Notes under the pieces: generated by a model | What the model was told of the DNA's origin: nothing | What the model saw: the letters and a program-made list of their open reading frames with translations, nothing else | Databases searched by the model: none | Translations under genes and position numbers: made by a program | Assembly: GCA_050916045.1 (NCBI GenBank) | Contig: CP051526.1 | Coordinates: 2,208,001 to 2,272,000, forward strand | Source of the DNA: Tepidisphaera sp. | GTDB lineage: Bacteria > Planctomycetota > Phycisphaerae > Phycisphaerales > UBA1924 | DNA length: 64,000 bases | Direction: 5' to 3' | Shown here: in pieces, positions 58,756 through 64,000 of the stretch | Layout of the letters: each line of letters starts with the position of its first letter | Numbering within the stretch: position 1 is the first letter of the stretch

Positions 58756-58923
58756 CGAGGGCCGTTCATCCCATGCCGCGCGGCGATGATTCACGGCCGC
58801 GCGCCGTCCATTTCATGCCGCGTGCCATTCATTTCATGCCGCGTGCCATTCACCCGGTGCCGCGCGCCGCTCGCCCCACGCCGCGCGCGATCCACTTCAT
58901 CCCGCGCGCCGCTCGCCTCAGGC
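58756..58923. repeat. Degenerate tandem array, 8 x 21 bp
   Basis: Units such as cgcgtgccattcatttcatgc with exact 21-bp period. Confidence 0.85.
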
Positions 58924-58954
58924 CGCAGGCCGCTGCGTCTGGTACCCTTTCCGC

Positions 58955-59788
58955 GTGCCGCCCACCCCTCCCCCCACCCCGCCCCCCACCCCTCCCACCG
59001 TCTCCCTCTTCGTCACCTGCCTCACCGACCAGTTCTACCCCCGCGCCGGTCAAGCCGTCGTCCTCGTCCTCGAAGCCCTCGGCTTCGCCGTCGACTTCCC
59101 CGCCGCCCAGACCTGCTGCGGCCAGCCGATGTACAACACCGGCCGCCACGACGACGCCCGCGCCCTCGCCCTCCGCATGCTCGACATCTTCGAGACCGCC
59201 ACCCACGTCGTCACCCCCTCCGCCTCCTGCGCCGCCATGGTCCGCGAGCACAACCTCCACCTGTTTCACCACGACCCCGCCGACGACGCCCGCGCGAAAG
59301 CACTCGCCGCCAAGACCTACGAGTTCGCTGAGTTCCTCACCAAGGTCGTCGGCCTCGCCAAGCTCGAAACACTCCTGAAGCCCGCCCTCCCCACCCCTTT
59401 CCCTGCGGCGGCGGTCACCTTCCACCCCTCCTGCCACCAACGAAGCCTCGGCCCCTCCAGCACCCCGAGCATCCTCGCCCTCATCCCCGGCATCGACCTC
59501 CGCCCCCTCGCCCACGCCGAACAGTGCTGCGGCTTCGGCGGCGCGTTCGCCGTCAAGCACCCCGAGATCTCCGGCCCCATGGTCGAGGAAAAGGTTCGCG
59601 ACATCGCCGCGGCCTTGGGTGGGGGCGGCACGGGCACCCTCATCTGCAACGACGCCGGCTGCGCCATGAATATCGACGGCGCCTGCCAACGCCTCCGCAC
59701 CGGCCACCAACGCCCCCACACAAGAACCCGCCACCTCGCCGAGATCCTCGCCGAAGCCATGGGCCTCCTCCCCGCGGAGGACCTCTAA
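58955..59788 (+). CDS. lutA: Lactate utilisation protein A (CCG Fe-S)
   Basis: LFVTCLTD, QTCCGQP, CCGFGGAFAVK. Confidence 0.9.
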   Translation: MPPTPPPTPPPTPPTVSLFVTCLTDQFYPRAGQAVVLVLEALGFAVDFPAAQTCCGQPMYNTGRHDDARALALRMLDIFETATHVVTPSASCAAMVREHNLHLFHHDPADDARAKALAAKTYEFAEFLTKVVGLAKLETLLKPALPTPFPAAAVTFHPSCHQRSLGPSSTPSILALIPGIDLRPLAHAEQCCGFGGAFAVKHPEISGPMVEEKVRDIAAALGGGGTGTLICNDAGCAMNIDGACQRLRTGHQRPHTRTRHLAEILAEAMGLLPAEDL

Positions 59789-61261
59789 ATGGACACCATC
59801 CTCAGCCCCAAGCTCCCCTACACCATCCCCGCCCGCGCAGAGGCCGCCTCCCGCGACCTCCAGCTCCAGCAGTTCGTCCACCACGCCACCCGCGTCAAAG
59901 ACACCGGCCGCCGCTCCGTCGCCGCTTCAGCCTTCGGTGACCGCTACGACGACCTCCGCCGCCACGCCGGCGCGATCAAACAGCACACCCTCGAACACCT
60001 GGACCGCTACCTCGACCAATGGATCACGAGCGCCGAAGCCGCCGGCACCAAGGTCCACTTCGCCAAAGACGCCGCCGAAGCCAACGCCATCGTCCTCGGC
60101 ATCGCCGCCGCCGCCAAAGCCACACTCTGCGTCAAAGCCAAGTCCATGGCCACCGAGGAAACCGCCCTCGTCCCCGCTCTCGAAGCCGCCGGCGTCAAGA
60201 CCGTCGAAACCGACCTCGGCGAGTTCATCCTCCAACTCGACGGCGACGCTCCCTCCCACATCGTCACCCCGATGATCCACAAGGACCGCACCGCCGTCGG
60301 CCGCGCCTTCACCCGCGAACTCCACGCCCGCTACACCGAGGAACCCTCCGAACTCACCGCAATCGCCCGCGCCCACATGCGCGACCTCTTCGAACGCGCC
60401 GCCACAAACGGCATCGGCATCAGCGGAGCCAACTTCCTCCTCCCCGACACCGGCTCCCTCGTCCTCTGCACCAACGAAGGCAACGCCGACCTCTCCGTCC
60501 TCTGCCCCAACGTCCACATCGCCCTCGTCGGGATCGAAAAGCTCATCCCCTCTTCCGCCCACCTCCCCATCTTCCTCAAACTCCTCGCCCGCTCCGCCAC
60601 CGCCCAGCCCATCACCGTCTACACCACCACCATCACCGGCCCGCGCCGCCCCCCACCCCACGCCGAGCAAGACGGCCCCCGCGAAGTGCACGTCGTCCTC
60701 CTCGATAACGGCCGCGTCGACCTCCTGGCCTCCGAAGCCCGCGAACTCCTCCGCTGCATCCGCTGCGGTGCGTGCCTCAACGCCTGCCCCGTCTACCGCA
60801 AAGTCGGCGGCGGCCACGCCTACGGCGCGGTCTACTCCGGCCCCATCGGCGCGGTCCTCACCCCCCACCTCAAAGGCGTCGAAAACTACCCCGACCTCCC
60901 ACGCGCCTCCTCCCTCTGCGGCGCATGCTTCGAAGCCTGCCCCGTCCACATCGACATCCCCCGCGAACTCATCCGCCTCCGCCAATGGCAAGACTCGCGC
61001 CGCCTCACGCCCCTCAGCGAACGCCTCGCCATGAAAGCCTGGGCCTGGACCCTCGCCTCCCCCACACGCTACCGCGCCGCCTCCGCCGCCGCCCGTTGGC
61101 TCATGAACACCGCCGCAGACTCCACCGACGCCACAGGCCGCCGCTGGCTCTCCGCCCTCCCAGGCCCCCTCGCCGGCTGGACCTCACGCCGCCAATTCCC
61201 CGCCCCCGCCCCAAAGAGCTTCCGAGACTGGTGGGCCTCGCGCGGAGCGTCCAACTCATGA
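59789..61261 (+). CDS. lutB: Lactate utilisation protein B
   Basis: ETDLGEFI, TNEGN, CIRCGACLNACPVY, SSLCGAC..CPV. Confidence 0.94.
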   Translation: MDTILSPKLPYTIPARAEAASRDLQLQQFVHHATRVKDTGRRSVAASAFGDRYDDLRRHAGAIKQHTLEHLDRYLDQWITSAEAAGTKVHFAKDAAEANAIVLGIAAAAKATLCVKAKSMATEETALVPALEAAGVKTVETDLGEFILQLDGDAPSHIVTPMIHKDRTAVGRAFTRELHARYTEEPSELTAIARAHMRDLFERAATNGIGISGANFLLPDTGSLVLCTNEGNADLSVLCPNVHIALVGIEKLIPSSAHLPIFLKLLARSATAQPITVYTTTITGPRRPPPHAEQDGPREVHVVLLDNGRVDLLASEARELLRCIRCGACLNACPVYRKVGGGHAYGAVYSGPIGAVLTPHLKGVENYPDLPRASSLCGACFEACPVHIDIPRELIRLRQWQDSRRLTPLSERLAMKAWAWTLASPTRYRAASAAARWLMNTAADSTDATGRRWLSALPGPLAGWTSRRQFPAPAPKSFRDWWASRGASNS

Positions 61262-61899
61262 CCACCCCACGCACTACCCGCGCCGCATTCGTCGAAAGCG
61301 TCCGCGCCGCCGTCGACAAGCAACCCCGCTCGACGACCACCGATGCACCCGCCCCCGACGAAAGCCTCGCTCGCCTCGTCTCCCCGACCGACGACATCCG
61401 CACGATGTTCCTCACCCGCGCCCGCGCCGCGGGCATCACCGTCCTCGACGAGTCCCCTTTCGGCCCGGTCCTCACCCGCGAGCTTTCAAGTCGCTCGGTC
61501 CAGCAAGCCACCCTCGCCATCGCCGACGACTCCCTCCGTCAGTCCGTGACGCGACTGCTCGCCTCCTCCGGCATCAAGATCCTCACCGGCGAAGGCCCCC
61601 TCCATCACTTTACCGCTGGCGCCGGCATCACGGACGTCGAAGCCGCCATCGCCGAAACCGGCTCCATCGTCGTCGCCTCAGGGCCCCACGCACCACGCGC
61701 CACCGCCATGGTCCCTCCCATCCACATCGCCCTGCTCAAGTGGTCGCAGCTCGTCCCCGACCTTCTCGACCTCCCGCCCCTGAGCACCGCCGCCGCGTCG
61801 CGAACCATCATCTCCGGCCCCAGCAAGACCGCCGACATCGAGGGAATCCTCATCACCGGCGTCCACGGACCCGCCGAGCTCATCGTCCTGATCGTCTGA
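61258..61899 (+). CDS. lutC: Lactate utilisation protein C (LUD domain)
   Basis: IAETGS, ISGPSKTADIE..GVHGP. Confidence 0.92.
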   Translation: MTTPRTTRAAFVESVRAAVDKQPRSTTTDAPAPDESLARLVSPTDDIRTMFLTRARAAGITVLDESPFGPVLTRELSSRSVQQATLAIADDSLRQSVTRLLASSGIKILTGEGPLHHFTAGAGITDVEAAIAETGSIVVASGPHAPRATAMVPPIHIALLKWSQLVPDLLDLPPLSTAAASRTIISGPSKTADIEGILITGVHGPAELIVLIV

Positions 61900-61910
61900 C
61901 CCCCGCCCGC

Positions 61911-64000
61911 TTACCGCGCCTCGCTCGCCCCGATCGGCACCAGCGACTCCAAAACCGCCCGCAGATCATCAAACACATACGGCTTGGGCAAAAGCACGTC
62001 CGGCTTCGCCCGAGACGCAAGCCGCGCCACATCATGCCCGCTCGACATCACCACGCGCGTCTCCGGCAACACCACACGCAGCTTCTCCAGCACCTGCCAC
62101 CCCGACATCCCCGGAAGCGTCACATCCAGAAGCACCGCGTCGGGCTTGCACGCTTCCGCCATCGCCAAACCCTCCTCCCCCAGCCGCGCCTCAATCACCC
62201 GATACCCCATCGATCGAATCATCTCCACCGCCGTGCCGCGGACGGCGGCATGATCGTCGATCACGAGCACCGTGCGCGTCTCCCGCACCTCCGGCGCCGC
62301 CTCGGAAGCCTCCGGTACGGCATCCGCCGGCCAGAGCAGCTCAAACCACGTCCCCACCCCGCGCACCGTCCGCACGCACACCGCCCCGCCCGTCCGCCTC
62401 ATGATCGAACGCACCAGCGCCAAACCCAGCCCTCGACCATCGTGCCCTGTGCTCACGAACGGCTCGAACATCCGAGCCTTCACCTCTTCACTGATCCCCC
62501 CCCCGGTGTCCTCCACGCACAGAAAGCTGTACTGACCCCGCGCCAGCTCGCGCCCGACACAGCAATCCCGCTCCGTCGCAGGATCAAGCTCCCGAACCCC
62601 CGTACGCACGCACACCCCTCCCTTGCGCTTTCCTATCGCGTCCGCCGCGTTCGTAAGGAGATTCATCACCGCCTGTTTCACCGCCACGGCGTCCACCCGC
62701 GTACACGCCGCACCCCCCGCGCGCGACACGCTGATCCACTTCGGAACCCGCGGGCCCAGTGTGTCCACCACAAAAGCCCCGAGCTCCGCCAAATCCACAC
62801 GCTCCGTCGACGACAACGGCGTGGCCGCCTGACCGCCGAGCCGCTTGATCAGGTCCGCCGCGAACTTCCCGGCTTCCTCGATGCGCCCCAGACTCCGCTC
62901 AAGATCCTCCAGCCTGTCAAGCTGCCGCCGCGCCAGCCCCGCGTTCCCCAGAATCCCCACCAGCAGGTTGTTGAAGTCGTGCGCGACTCCGCCCACCAGC
63001 ACACCCAGGCTCTCCACACGCTGCGACTGCCAAAGCTGCCGCTCAAGCTGCCGACGCTGCTCCTCCGCTCGCCGAAGATTCGTCTGATCCGTCAAGCACC
63101 CCTCAAAGTAAAGCGTCTTCCCGCTCGCATCCCGCACCAGCGCCGTGTAATCGTGAACCCACCGCGTCTCCCCGCTCTTCGTCAGAACCCGATACTCGCT
63201 CTCGTAGCTGCTCGCCCCCGTCTCGTCCGCGTGCTTGGCTTCCTCAAGCACACGCTGCAGGTCCTCCGGATGCACCATCGACGCCGCCGCGACACGCCCT
63301 GAGATTATGTCCTCCACCGTGTACCCGAACTGCACAACGTTCTCCGACACGTGCTCGATCGGATACCCCTCCACGTTCGCCCAACGGAACACAACCGTCG
63401 GACCTCCCAGAAACACCCGACGCTCCCGGTCCGCCGCCTGACGCAGACGGTTCTGCTCCGTCACGTCGCGGTTGATCGAAAGCACCGCACGCTCGCCACC
63501 ATACTCCACCATGTGCCCGCTCAGCTGCATGTCGATGACCATCCCATCCTTCCGACGCTGACGCCAATTGTCACTCTGGCACCACCCATTCTCGACGACC
63601 GCCTTCAAGAGCTCCCTGCCTGCGGGCTCGTTCATCGAGAGTCGCTTCAGCGACATCGACATCATCTCCTCGCGAGAATACCCGTACATCTCGCAAGCAC
63701 GACTGTTCAACGCAAGCACCTGCTCATCCTCAGGCCGGAACAGGATGATCGCATCTCGCGATCCATCAAAGATCGCGTTGAACCGCTCGGTCGCCTCCTT
63801 CGCCACCCGCTCCGCCCGCGTGCTCTCCGTCAAGTCCACCACCAGCGCGTTCCACCGCACGCCCTCATCGCACTCCTGCGGCGTCACCAGCGTGTGAAGC
63901 AGCCGATACTGCCCCGATGTGTCCTTCAAGCGATACACCACGTCGAAGTTCGTCAGGTTCCCACGGCTCATGTCCACCTGACGGTCATACTCCGCTCGAT
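61911..64000 (-). CDS. Multi-PAS hybrid histidine kinase/receiver (5' end outside the window)
   Basis: PAS repeats, GGVAHDFNNLL, NAADA, DTGGG, GLGL, C-terminal receiver domain. Confidence 0.92.
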   Translation of the reverse strand, partial: RAEYDRQVDMSRGNLTNFDVVYRLKDTSGQYRLLHTLVTPQECDEGVRWNALVVDLTESTRAERVAKEATERFNAIFDGSRDAIILFRPEDEQVLALNSRACEMYGYSREEMMSMSLKRLSMNEPAGRELLKAVVENGWCQSDNWRQRRKDGMVIDMQLSGHMVEYGGERAVLSINRDVTEQNRLRQAADRERRVFLGGPTVVFRWANVEGYPIEHVSENVVQFGYTVEDIISGRVAAASMVHPEDLQRVLEEAKHADETGASSYESEYRVLTKSGETRWVHDYTALVRDASGKTLYFEGCLTDQTNLRRAEEQRRQLERQLWQSQRVESLGVLVGGVAHDFNNLLVGILGNAGLARRQLDRLEDLERSLGRIEEAGKFAADLIKRLGGQAATPLSSTERVDLAELGAFVVDTLGPRVPKWISVSRAGGAACTRVDAVAVKQAVMNLLTNAADAIGKRKGGVCVRTGVRELDPATERDCCVGRELARGQYSFLCVEDTGGGISEEVKARMFEPFVSTGHDGRGLGLALVRSIMRRTGGAVCVRTVRGVGTWFELLWPADAVPEASEAAPEVRETRTVLVIDDHAAVRGTAVEMIRSMGYRVIEARLGEEGLAMAEACKPDAVLLDVTLPGMSGWQVLEKLRVVLPETRVVMSSGHDVARLASRAKPDVLLPKPYVFDDLRAVLESLVPIGASEAR

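Noticed and set aside
58756..58923. Possible CRISPR array
   Set aside because: Contiguous 21-bp units with no unique spacers, and no cas genes.

Overview
GC-rich bacterial chromosome segment. It is probably Planctomycetota, Phycisphaerales-like, inferred from a GC-type dockerin-anchored protein, CxxCGYDL..CPECG membrane proteins and a planctomycete-type Ser/Thr kinase. From left to right: (1) the right arm of an integrative element at the 3' end of tRNA-Ala(TGC), with a type III-like DNA methyltransferase (partial), a regulator, two Xis-like HTH genes, a primase-helicase, an XRE gene and a tyrosine integrase; (2) a type VII-like pair (small WXG100-like gene plus a membrane FtsK/EccC-like ATPase); (3) sugar genes, a large secreted dockerin protein and tRNA-Leu(CAA); (4) a lower-GC islet with a toxin-antitoxin-chaperone (MqsR-like/MqsA-ChAD/SecB-like) operon; (5) a c-di-GMP-linked type IV pilus/T2SS-like cluster with no secretin; (6) housekeeping genes (yhaM-like, LOG, queD, TolC, degenerate GH35, HD hydrolase, folP, trxA, Gfo/Idh/MocA); (7) hrpA carrying in-frame palindromic repeat insertions; (8) a Ser/Thr kinase, an FN3-like gene preceded by a 21-bp tandem array, lutABC, and a partial hybrid kinase. 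Many genes look leaderless. All calls come from reading motifs by eye; no database searches were run.
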